From NCBI GenBank assembly GCA_963785725.1, contig CAWAWS010000027.1, positions 5,708 to 69,707 of the forward strand: DNA of 64,000 nucleotides. The letters are read 5' to 3'. Shown in pieces: positions 1 through 8,438 of the stretch (position 1 is its first letter; every line of letters begins with the position of its first letter). The stretch comes from an uncultured delta proteobacterium (lineage in GTDB: Bacteria; Myxococcota_A; Polyangia; Palsa-1104). The notes under the pieces are model-generated. The model saw nothing but the letters and a program-made list of their open reading frames with translations, was not told the DNA's origin and searched no databases. The translations under genes and the position numbers were made by a program.

Positions 1-493
1 AGGCAACTTGGGCGCGCAGTACACGCTGTTCGTCAACGCCGTCGTCGGCGCGCTGCGTCCGAGCGGCAAGCTCGTGACCGCCGCTGTCGCGCAGTATCTG
101 CAGGACGGCATGGCCGACGCGACGCTGCACAGCTTCGACTTCATCAACGTCATGATCTACTCGAGCTACAACGACAGCGTCTCGGCGATGACCTATTACG
201 CGTCGACCAAGTCGGTGCCGAAGACGCAGATCACGCTCGGCGCCGGCTTCTTCGGCTCGAATGAGAGCGGCGACACCGAGTGGTCGTACTCCGACATCTT
301 GGCCGCCGACAGCACGGCGTGGAGCAAGGACTCGACGACGATCAGCGGCCAGACCGTCAACTACACCGGCATGGCGACGATGAAGAAGCTGGCCGACTAC
401 TCGAAGGGCTTCGGCGGCATCATGTTCTGGGAGTTGTCCGAGGACACCACCGATTCGCACTCGCTCTACAAGGTCATCCAGGGCGAATTCTAA
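1..493 (+). CDS. GH18 glycoside hydrolase (chitinase-like), C-terminal part, truncated by window start
   Basis: Open frame from the window edge; FDFINVMIY and GGIMFWELSED match the beta-strands of the GH18 TIM barrel; the catalytic DxDxE is not inside the window. Confidence 0.8.
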   Translation, partial: GNLGAQYTLFVNAVVGALRPSGKLVTAAVAQYLQDGMADATLHSFDFINVMIYSSYNDSVSAMTYYASTKSVPKTQITLGAGFFGSNESGDTEWSYSDILAADSTAWSKDSTTISGQTVNYTGMATMKKLADYSKGFGGIMFWELSEDTTDSHSLYKVIQGEF

Positions 494-519
494 GCGTTCG
501 GCAATCGGAGTAACCCCTG

Positions 520-553
520 CAGCGCCATCGGTTTGCCGCCGGTGGCGCTGTTT
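520..553 (+). terminator. Hairpin, probable (bidirectional) intrinsic terminator
   Basis: CAGCGCCATCGG-7 nt-CCGGTGGCGCTG (12-bp stem, one G-U pair) followed by TTT, between convergent genes. Confidence 0.6.
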
Positions 554-558
554 CATTC

Positions 559-1212
559 TCAGCCGGAGCTGCGGCGGTCGGCGGCGCGCATGGCGGCGAA
601 GCTGGCGTCGTTGACGCGCAGGCGCGCGGCGAGCTCGGCGTGGGCCTCGAGCAGCGCCGCCAGCGTCGTCAGGCGTCGGCCGGAGGCGGCGTCGCGCGGC
701 TGGGCCGTCAGCGTGGCCACCAGCGCGTCGTCGAGGAAGTCGAGGCCGGCGAGGCGCGCGGCGCCGCGGGCGAAGGCGCGCTCGCCCCAGACTTCCTGCA
801 GCGCTTCGGTTTGCCGCGCCTGACGGGCGCGCACCAGCGTTCGCGCGGCGGCGACGAAGCTGGCCGGAGACGGCGCAGCCACGAAGGCGTCGACGGCGGC
901 GGCACCGGCGGCGCGCTCGGCGGCGTCGAGCGCCGGCCACACGCGACGCGCCAGACGCGCCAGCGCCGTCGCCAGCCGCCGCGGACCGTCGACGACGGCT
1001 TTAGGGACGGCCGCCACGTCCGCAGCCGCGGCGCCGGCGGCATCGGCCGCGTCATCTTCAGCGCGCGCCGTTGCCGCATCGAGCGCAGCGGCGCCGGCTT
1101 CTTCATCGCGCGTCACGATCAGATCGGCTGCGGCTGCAGCAGGCTCGGCGGCGGGCGCGACTTCGGGCGGTGGCGCGAGGACAGCGGCCGCGCTGCGCCG
1201 CTTCTTGCTCAT
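559..1212 (-). CDS. Hypothetical Ala-rich helical protein, last gene of the MotA/MotB (Zorya-like) operon
   Basis: ATG at 1212 (MSKKRRS...) overlaps the TGA of the upstream MotB-like gene (ATGA). Confidence 0.65.
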   Translation of the reverse strand: MSKKRRSAAAVLAPPPEVAPAAEPAAAAADLIVTRDEEAGAAALDAATARAEDDAADAAGAAAADVAAVPKAVVDGPRRLATALARLARRVWPALDAAERAAGAAAVDAFVAAPSPASFVAAARTLVRARQARQTEALQEVWGERAFARGAARLAGLDFLDDALVATLTAQPRDAASGRRLTTLAALLEAHAELAARLRVNDASFAAMRAADRRSSG

Positions 1213-1835
1213 CGGCTCGACACCGAGCGCAGCGGCACGAGCAGCACCTCGATGCGACGATTGCGCCGGCGATCGGCGTCGCTGCGGTTCGGTGTCCGCG
1301 GATGAAACGCGCCGAACCCGGAGGCCACGACGCGCGTCGGCGACAGCCCGGCAGCGACGAGCGCGCGTGCCACCGACGTCGAGCGCGCCGCCGACAGCTC
1401 CCAATTACTGGCGAAGCGATCGTTGGCGATCGGCACGTCGTCGGTGTGGCCGCCGACGAGCACCATCTGATCGGGCTCGGCGGCGAGCAGGCTCGACAAC
1501 GGCGGCGCCAGCGCCGCGACCGTCTTCAAGCCGGCCGGGCTCAGCTCGTCGGAGCCGGAGGCGAACAGCACCTCGCCCTGCATGATGACCTTGCCGTCGT
1601 CGACCTCGACCGCGCCGTTGGCGGCCAGCGCGCGCAGGCGGCGCTCGATGCGCGCCTTCTCCGAGCGCACCCGCTCGAGCTCGCAATCGTTGGCGCGCAG
1701 GCGAGCCATGAGGCCGCTCTGCGCCAGCGTCGCCACGACCATGATGAGCACGAAGGCCGCCAGCACCAACACCAGCGCGTCGACGAAAGGCGGCCAGACG
1801 TTCACCGGGAAGAGCGGCTGGCGCGCCCGTCTCAC
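1209..1835 (-). CDS. MotB/ZorB-like protein: TM helix with conserved Asp, short coiled coil, OmpA-like peptidoglycan-binding domain
   Basis: GTG at 1835 overlaps the upstream TGA (GTGA); NVWPPFVDALVLVL; VLFASGS, GHTDDVPI, SNWELSAARS and RNRRIEVLL motifs. Confidence 0.85.
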   Translation of the reverse strand: MRRARQPLFPVNVWPPFVDALVLVLAAFVLIMVVATLAQSGLMARLRANDCELERVRSEKARIERRLRALAANGAVEVDDGKVIMQGEVLFASGSDELSPAGLKTVAALAPPLSSLLAAEPDQMVLVGGHTDDVPIANDRFASNWELSAARSTSVARALVAAGLSPTRVVASGFGAFHPRTPNRSDADRRRNRRIEVLLVPLRSVSSR

Positions 1836-4117
1836 GCGCGATCCTCGGGCGTCGTCGGCGCCTTCGGCTCGCTGGTCAAGGCCGTCGCCGCGGCCGTCGC
1901 GGCTTCGGGCCGCGCCAACATCGCCTCCAGCCGCTCGAGGCCGTCGCCGAGACGGCCCAGCTCGTCGCCGAGGCCGAGCTCGGCGGCGGCGTCGCTGCGC
2001 GCGGCCAAGAGCGCCACTTCGCGGCCGAGCGCGGACAGCTCCGGCGCCAGCGTCGTCACGGCCGCCGCCAACGCCGACGCGCCGTCGCGCAGGCCGCCGG
2101 CGGCGTCGCTGAGCGCTTGACCGGCGGCGACGAGCTGCGCCTCGGCGGCGTGCGCGGCTTCGGTGGCGGCGATTTGACCGCGCGCGTGCGCGTCTTCGAC
2201 GAGCGCCACCGCGCGCTCGGCGAGCGCGTCGGCGGCCGCCAGCGAGCGCGCTCCGCCGTCGACGAGCGCGGCGCCCGCGCGTTCGGCGGTCGCGCTCAGG
2301 CTGCTCGTCGTCGTCTCGGCCGCGGCGGCAATCGTCGCCGCGCTGGCCTGCGCCGCTTGCGCGATCGCGGCGCCGGCCGCCGCATTCGCCGCCGTCAACG
2401 CTTCGGCCGCACCGGCCACGGCGCGCGTCAGCTCGGCCAACGCCGCCGCCGAAGACGCGCCGGTCGCGCTCGCGGCCGCGGCGACCGCCTCTTGCAGCGC
2501 CGTCGTCGCGCGGGCGCCGGCTTGCGCCAACGTCTCGGTCGCGCGCGCGCCGGCCGCGGCCATCGCCTCGGCGGCCAGCGCGCCGGCATCGGCCAGCGTC
2601 GCGGTGCCACGCTCGCTCAGCTGCGCCAACGCCGCCGTCGCCGCCGCGCTCGACTCCGCCAGCGTCGCCGCCACCCGCTCGCTCGCCTGCGCCGACGTCT
2701 GCGCGGCCGACGCCGTCGACTCGGCCAACAGCGCCGTCGCCGCCGCGCTCGACTCCGCCAGCGTCGTCGTCGCGCGCGTGCTCGCTTGCGTCACCGCCGC
2801 CGCCAGCTGCTCGCCCGACGCGACCAGGCTCGCCGTCGCCGCCGCGCTCGCCTGCGCCACCGTCGCCGCCGCGCGCTCGCTCGACTGCGCCAGCGCCGCC
2901 GTCGTCTGCTCGCCCGCTTTCGCCAGCGCCGCCGTCGCCTGCTCGCCCGCTTTCGTCAGCGCTGCCGTCGTTTGCGTGCCGGCGTTCGCCAGCGCCGCCG
3001 TCGTCTGCTCGCCCGCTTTCGCCAGCGCCGCCGTCGTCTGCGTCCCGGCCGTCGCCAGCGCCGTCGTGACGCGCTCGCTCGACTGCGCCAGCGCCGCCGC
3101 CGCCGTCGCGCCCGACTCCGCCAGCGCGCCCGTCGCCTGCGTCAGCGCCGCCGCCGTGCGCGTGCCGACCAGCTCGAGCGCCGCGCCGGCGCGCGCGCCG
3201 ACTTCGGTCAACGCCGTCGCCGCCGCCGAGACCGCCGCGCCCGAGCGCTCGGCTTCGGCCACCGTCGCCGCCTGAATCGTCCGCGCCGCGTCCGCCGTCG
3301 CCGTCGCCGCGCCGGCCATCGCCGCGCGCGCGGCTTCGACGAGCCGGTCGACTTCGGCGCGCGCCACCGCCGCCACGCGCGTCGCCGTCGACTCGCCCGC
3401 CGTCGCCAGCGCCGACTGCACGTCGCGGCGCAGCTCGGCCACGTCGCGCGCCAAACGCTCGTCGGCACGCTCGGCCTTCGGCCAAATCGACGGCACCAAC
3501 ACGTGCGCCGTCACCTCTTCCAGCTGCGCCAAGGCCTGCTCTTCGGCCAAGACCAAGTCGCCTTGCACGAGCGCCAGAGCCAGCGTCACCAAGATGCCGA
3601 CGACGCTGGCGCCGAACGTGACGTCGAGGCCCGCGAGCGGCAGAGCCAGCGCCTGCACCGTCGCCAAGCCGTCGTCGCGCAAGAGCGGCGTCACGCCGTG
3701 CAGCGTATCCATCAAGCCCGCGAACGTGCCCACGAGCCCGACGAGCACGGTGACGGCCACGAAATAGCGGCCGAGATAGGCCTGACCGCGCTCTTCGGCG
3801 GCGGTGGCGTTGGCGAGCGCGTCCAGATCGGCGGTCGCGCCCGCGTCATGCACGGCCGTGAGCCGGGCGCGCCGCCGCGTGACCCAGTCGCCGCGCGCCG
3901 GCGTGGCCAGAAGGCCGTCGAGCGCCAGGCCCACACGCTGCCGCGCCCGCCATAGGCTGAGCATGCCGGCGACGGCGATGAGGCCGAGCAGCAGCACCGA
4001 CAGACAGCCGAGCCACAGCCGATGCGCGCCGTACGCGCCGAGCGCGCGAACGGCGACGACCAAGGCGATGACGGTGATGGCGAGGCCCAGCCCCCAACGC
4101 AGCCGGCTCAACGCCAT
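1832..4117 (-). CDS. MotA/TolQ/ExbB-family ion channel subunit with long hendecad-repeat tail (ZorA/DUF802-like)
   Basis: Two N-terminal TM helices, then RYFVAVTVLVGLVGTFAGL and LAGLDVTFGASVVGILVTL channel helices, then ~500 aa of Ala-rich helical tail. Confidence 0.8.
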   Translation of the reverse strand: MALSRLRWGLGLAITVIALVVAVRALGAYGAHRLWLGCLSVLLLGLIAVAGMLSLWRARQRVGLALDGLLATPARGDWVTRRRARLTAVHDAGATADLDALANATAAEERGQAYLGRYFVAVTVLVGLVGTFAGLMDTLHGVTPLLRDDGLATVQALALPLAGLDVTFGASVVGILVTLALALVQGDLVLAEEQALAQLEEVTAHVLVPSIWPKAERADERLARDVAELRRDVQSALATAGESTATRVAAVARAEVDRLVEAARAAMAGAATATADAARTIQAATVAEAERSGAAVSAAATALTEVGARAGAALELVGTRTAAALTQATGALAESGATAAAALAQSSERVTTALATAGTQTTAALAKAGEQTTAALANAGTQTTAALTKAGEQATAALAKAGEQTTAALAQSSERAAATVAQASAAATASLVASGEQLAAAVTQASTRATTTLAESSAAATALLAESTASAAQTSAQASERVAATLAESSAAATAALAQLSERGTATLADAGALAAEAMAAAGARATETLAQAGARATTALQEAVAAAASATGASSAAALAELTRAVAGAAEALTAANAAAGAAIAQAAQASAATIAAAAETTTSSLSATAERAGAALVDGGARSLAAADALAERAVALVEDAHARGQIAATEAAHAAEAQLVAAGQALSDAAGGLRDGASALAAAVTTLAPELSALGREVALLAARSDAAAELGLGDELGRLGDGLERLEAMLARPEAATAAATALTSEPKAPTTPEDRA
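2490..3130 (-). repeat. Intragenic 33-bp / 11-aa degenerate tandem repeats (bounds approximate)
   Basis: KAGEQTTAALA, NAGTQTTAALT, QSSERAAATVA, ESSAAATALLA and similar units, roughly 18-20 in all. Confidence 0.8.
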
Positions 4118-4641
4118 CGACGCGCTGCCTCCGCCAAGGCCGCTGCCACGTCGAGGAATGGGCGTCCGTCGATCAATAGATCGGGCGTGACCGAGCGTAG
4201 CCGCAAGCGCACCAGCGACGCAAAACGCCGCTCGACGAGCGCCACCAAGCCGACGGCGGCGTCGATGGCCAAGCGCGCCTCGACGCCGGCCGCGCGTTCG
4301 CTCGGATCGTCGGCGGAGGCGAGCGCGTCGGCCGCCAGCGCCAACGACGCCGTCTCGCCGCGCAATTCGTCATCGAGGATCGCGAACGCGTCGACCTGAT
4401 CCCACGCCGTCTGCGCCAAGTGCAGCGCCGCCGGCACGGCCTCGTCGACGCGCTGCGCCAACGCGGCCAACAAAGACGCCGTGCGCGCGCGCAACACCGG
4501 CAGCGCCAACGGCAGCGACGGCGAGGCCGCCGCCGGCTGTACCACCGGACGAACGGCCGCGCGCGGCAAGCTGAGCTCGAGGTGCTCGCCGGGCAAGGTG
4601 CGAATCTGCGCGACGAGCGTATCCAACGCCAGGTACGACAT
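4108..4641 (-). CDS. Hypothetical protein, first gene of the MotA/MotB (Zorya-like) operon
   Basis: MSYLALDTLVAQIRTL...; stop overlaps the start of the MotA-like gene by 10 bp; alternative start at 4659. Confidence 0.65.
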   Translation of the reverse strand: MSYLALDTLVAQIRTLPGEHLELSLPRAAVRPVVQPAAASPSLPLALPVLRARTASLLAALAQRVDEAVPAALHLAQTAWDQVDAFAILDDELRGETASLALAADALASADDPSERAAGVEARLAIDAAVGLVALVERRFASLVRLRLRSVTPDLLIDGRPFLDVAAALAEAARRWR

Positions 4642-4807
4642 GCGGCGCTCATACTGCACGACGACCCGGAGCAGTCAACGCCATCTTCGCGTCTGACAAC
4701 GCGTGTGCACAGCAGCGTTTGCAGCGAGGCGCGTACACCCGGCGCAGATCTGCGTTCGCTTACAGATCTCACACAGTTGCGAGCCCTGAAAGCGGTCCCG
4801 TCATTGC

Positions 4808-6190
4808 TTGCTTGCAACGCTCGTGCGCACATCCATCCTGATCGCGTTTCTCGTCGCTGGTTGCGGAGAAGCGGGTGTCTCGTCCACGGGACAGAACGAG
4901 GGCTCGACCAGCGCCGCGTTGGGCGAGCAACAGAACGGCTTTCCCAACGCGTGGGAGCGGGCGACGTTCATGGCCGCCAACCGCGCGCGCTCCGATCCAT
5001 CGACGGTGAAAGGCGCGTCGTCGATGATCTATCCGGCGCAGCCGCCGCTCGGGCTCAACTACGATCTCGAGCGCTCGTCGCGCTTCCATTCGACGACGCT
5101 GGAGACGGGCATGGCGCCGCTCATGCACGAGTCGCCGTGCATCCTCAACAGCAACGTCGGCACGTCGGGCTGCGACGGCACGCCGAGCTGCGCCTGCACG
5201 ACGGGCATGACCTGTAATTCCTGTGGCACCTGCGCCGCCGGCACCGAGCCCTTCGATCGCATCAAGCTGTTCTACACGGCCGGCGGCAACGGCGAGGTCG
5301 CCGCCGCCGGTTACGGCGATCCGTGGAGCGTCATGGACGGCTGGGTCGACGAAGCGGCCGGCGCCGACGGCCATCGCGCCATCATCGACGGCGCCGGGTT
5401 CACGACCGCCGGCTTCGGCCACGCCGGCGGCACGCAAGGCGCCTGCTGGAGCACCTTCGACGTCGGCGACTTCTCGGGCGCCAAGCCGACGCTCGCCAAC
5501 ATCGCCAGCGCGTCGGCCAAGCCCTACGTCGGCAGCGCCGGCACGTTCCGCGTCTACGCCACGTGGCAGGATGCCGGCGGCGCGCCCAAGGATCTGAGCG
5601 CGGTGGTCGACGGCAACTGCAGCGCGATGACGAAGGAGCTCGGCAGCGACACGCTCAACGCCACCTATTATGCCGACGTGCCGCTCACCAACGGCTGCCA
5701 CGCCGTGTTCATCTCGGGGCACACGAGCGGCGGCGTCGCGGCGCTCTATCCGACGACGAAGGCGTTCACCATCAACGTCGGCAGCGCCGCCAATTGCGCC
5801 GACGAAGTGGCGCAGCCGGCTTCGACCTGCGCGGGCACCGTCGGCACGGGCGGCAGCGACGGCGGTGCCGGCGGCGGCGGCAGCGCCGGCGGCGGCTCGG
5901 GCAGCGCCGGCGGCTCAGGCTCGGCCGGTGGAAGCGGCGCGGCGGGCGGTTCAGGCTCGGCCGGTGGGACTGGCTCGGCGGGCGGCACAGGCACGGCGGG
6001 CGGCTCAGGCGAGGCGGGCGGCTCCGGCTCGGCCGGCGGCTCCGGCTCGGCCGGCGGCAGCGGCGGCTCGCATGGCGGCTGCTCGGTCAGCGGCGACAGC
6101 GGCCCGTCGGAGGTGGCGTTCGGCCTGTTCGCGCTCGCCGCCTTGCTCTTCGGCCGCGCGACGTCGCTCAGGAAGTGTGGTCGACCGTAA
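4808..6190 (+). CDS. Secreted CAP/SCP-like domain protein with Gly-rich linker and MYXO-CTERM-type anchor
   Basis: Lipobox LVAGC; ANRAR..FHS..GEVAAAG..W...GHRAII resembles a CAP domain; C-terminal GGCSVSG-TM-basic tail. Confidence 0.7.
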   Translation: MLATLVRTSILIAFLVAGCGEAGVSSTGQNEGSTSAALGEQQNGFPNAWERATFMAANRARSDPSTVKGASSMIYPAQPPLGLNYDLERSSRFHSTTLETGMAPLMHESPCILNSNVGTSGCDGTPSCACTTGMTCNSCGTCAAGTEPFDRIKLFYTAGGNGEVAAAGYGDPWSVMDGWVDEAAGADGHRAIIDGAGFTTAGFGHAGGTQGACWSTFDVGDFSGAKPTLANIASASAKPYVGSAGTFRVYATWQDAGGAPKDLSAVVDGNCSAMTKELGSDTLNATYYADVPLTNGCHAVFISGHTSGGVAALYPTTKAFTINVGSAANCADEVAQPASTCAGTVGTGGSDGGAGGGGSAGGGSGSAGGSGSAGGSGAAGGSGSAGGTGSAGGTGTAGGSGEAGGSGSAGGSGSAGGSGGSHGGCSVSGDSGPSEVAFGLFALAALLFGRATSLRKCGRP

Positions 6191-6602
6191 TTCGCCAGCC
6201 GGCGGCGCTCTTGTGTAGCGTCAACGTGAAGTAGCCGCCGGCATTGCCACCCGCCTCTTTGGCGCGCTCCAAGCTCCAATGGCCGATGGCGACGGCATAG
6301 TCGCTGCTCAACACCCGCACCTCGAGCTCGCTGAACTTGACGATGCCCATGCGCGCGGCGTCGGGATGGCCCTTGCGATACATGGCGGCGATGGCGTCCC
6401 AGCCGTGATGGATCTGTGTGGCGCCGACGAACTCGGTGGTGGCGGCGCGCTCGTAGCCGGACAAGTAGCCGTCGAGGTCGCCGCGATTCCAGGCCGCGGC
6501 CTCACGCGCGAGCTCGGCGCGCACGGCGTCGGCTTCGTCGGCGCGAGCGAAAGGGGTCGTCAGGAGTGACAGAACGAGCGCGGCCCAGCCCAGCTTTCCC
6601 AT
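6168..6602 (-). CDS. NTF2-like / DUF4440 (SnoaL-like) exported protein
   Basis: Signal peptide; AAAWNRGDLDGY...GYFTLTL...GWRITVDHTS. Confidence 0.85.
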   Translation of the reverse strand: MGKLGWAALVLSLLTTPFARADEADAVRAELAREAAAWNRGDLDGYLSGYERAATTEFVGATQIHHGWDAIAAMYRKGHPDAARMGIVKFSELEVRVLSSDYAVAIGHWSLERAKEAGGNAGGYFTLTLHKSAAGWRITVDHTS

Positions 6603-6623
6603 GGGCCGAACAGTAACGCGGCT

Positions 6624-7623
6624 TCAGACCTTGAGGAGCAGCTTGCCGAAGTTCTCGCCTGCGAAGAGCTTGCCGAGCGCGCTCGGGAAGTCGCCGAAGC
6701 CGTCGATGACGTCCTCGCGCGCCTTCAACTTGCCGCTCGCGAGCCAGCCGGCGATGTCGCGCACCGACTCGCCGATGCGCGGAATGTAGTCGCTGACGAG
6801 GAAGCCTTCCATGCGCGCGCGATTGATGAGCAGCGACAAATAATTCTTGAGGACGGGCGGACCGTCGGTGTTGTTGTACTGCGAGATGGCGCCGCAGATG
6901 ATGACGCGCGCGTGCAGCCTGAGCTGCGCCAGCGCGCTCTCGAGGATCTCGCCGCCGACGTTGTCGAAGTAGATGTCGATGCCTTCGGGGCAGTGCTGCT
7001 TGAGCGCCTTGTAGACGTTCTCGGCTTTGTAGTCGATGGCGGCGTCGAAGCCGAGCTCGTCGACGAGATAGCGGCATTTCTGCGGCCCGCCGGCGATGCC
7101 GACGACGTGACAGCCTTTGATCTTGGCGATCTGTCCCGACGATCGTGCCGGTGGCGCCGGCGGCGCCCGAGACGACGACGGTCTCGCCCGCTTGCGGCTC
7201 GCCCACGTCGAGGAGGCCGAAGTAGGCGGTGGCGCCGGTCATGCCGAGCGCGCCCAGCCAACGCGTCAGCGGCGCCAGCTTCGTGTCCACTTTCGCCACA
7301 TGCTTGGCGTTCATGAGCGCATACGACTGCACGCCGGTCAGGCCGGTCACGAAGTCACCGACGGCGAGCGCCGGATCGTTCGACGCCGCGATGCGACCGC
7401 CGCCGAACGCGCGCATGACGTCGTTGAGCTTCACCGGCGCCACGTACGACTTCTGATCGTTCATCCAGCCGCGCATCGCCGGATCGAGCGACAGATATTG
7501 CACTTCGACGAGCACCTGGCCCGGCTCGGGCTGCGCGACGGGCGTGGTCGCGAGCTCGAAGTCGCTGCGCGTGACCGCGCCCACGGGCCGCGCGATGAGC
7601 TTCCACTGCCGATTCTCGGTCAT
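6624..7623 (-). pseudogene. NADP-dependent oxidoreductase (CurA/prostaglandin reductase-like MDR), split by a +1 frameshift near 7136
   Basis: MTENRQWKL..YLSLDPAMRGWM..SGAAGATGTIVG, then continues in another frame as QIAKIKG..DIYFDNVGG..CGAISQYN..GENFGKLL; GTCGGGACAG contains one extra G. Confidence 0.85.
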
Positions 7624-8279
7624 GGCGTCTCCTGCTGCAATTCTACGGGTTCGATGACGGCGCCGGCGCGGACGAGCAGCGCGCGGTACCAGTCGACGGT
7701 GCGTTGCGTGCGATCGCCGAGCGCGCGGGCGCCCCACACGATCGACAAGGTGCGGCGCGTGGTCGGGCCCGTCTTCGTGCGCTGCGCGTCTTTGACGGCG
7801 TTGGCGCACGGTCCGACGATGTCGCAGAGGCAAGGCAGGCCGGCGAGCTCGATCTCGTGGCCGCTCGGGTTGAAGATGTACTTCTCGCCGGCGCCCGCGA
7901 CGGTGATGCGCAGCGGCTCGGCCACGCGGCCCAAGTCGACGACGCTGATCGGTAGACCGGCGTGCAAGGAGACGGCGTTGCAGGCGTCGACGGCGAGGTT
8001 GATCGACATAAGCGCGCGCTCGCTGGCCGCGCGGATCAGGTACTCCGACGCCGGCTTGCCGCGGCCGGTCGGCTTGTAGCCGCGGGCGCGCAGGACGTCG
8101 CGGACGGCGGCGCGCACAGCGTCGTCCGCCGCCAGCGGCGCTTCCGCCGTCGGCGACAGGAGCGCGCGCAGCCAATCGGGCGACGGCAGCTGCGCCAGCG
8201 GCGACGGCAGCTCGCTCACGAACGCGCCCACGTCCAGGAGGGAATGAGACGACACGGAGAGCCGCACGCGCGGCAGCAT
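7620..8279 (-). CDS. B3/B4 (PheRS beta-like) tRNA-editing domain protein
   Basis: GYKPTGRGKPASEYL, INLAVDACNAVSL and GPCANAVKDAQRTK motifs. Confidence 0.85.
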   Translation of the reverse strand: MLPRVRLSVSSHSLLDVGAFVSELPSPLAQLPSPDWLRALLSPTAEAPLAADDAVRAAVRDVLRARGYKPTGRGKPASEYLIRAASERALMSINLAVDACNAVSLHAGLPISVVDLGRVAEPLRITVAGAGEKYIFNPSGHEIELAGLPCLCDIVGPCANAVKDAQRTKTGPTTRRTLSIVWGARALGDRTQRTVDWYRALLVRAGAVIEPVELQQETP

Positions 8280-8311
8280 AGCCGGCTCGCGCCGCCGGCG
8301 CCATGGCGGAA

Positions 8312-8381
8312 GCCGCGCCGCGCGCCACCGTCGCCACCGATGCCGCGCCGCGCGCCACCGTCGCCACCGATGCCGCGCCGC
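8312..8381. repeat. 30-bp tandem repeat (about 2.3 copies) in a divergent intergenic region
   Basis: GCCGCGCCGCGCGCCACCGTCGCCACCGAT x2 plus a partial copy. Confidence 0.85.
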
Positions 8382-8438
8382 CGACGGCAGCGCATCGCCG
8401 GTGTACGCGCGGCCGCCGAGCCGCTATCCTCGACGGCG

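Noticed and set aside
1209-3485. 758-aa ORF as a giant MotB fusion
   Set aside because: Only the last ~208 codons are protein-like; the upstream part is an alternate frame of the MotA-like gene, and a GTGA overlap marks the real start at 1835.
1209-4117. Flagellar stator motAB or tolQR/exbBD
   Set aside because: The ~500-aa tail is not found in flagellar MotA, the partner has an OmpA domain unlike TolR/ExbD, and there is no flagellar or TonB context.
5840-6075. Gly/Ser-rich repeats here and at ~23190-23295 and ~34160-34350 as a mobile repeat family
   Set aside because: They are in-frame low-complexity protein linkers, not nucleotide-level elements.
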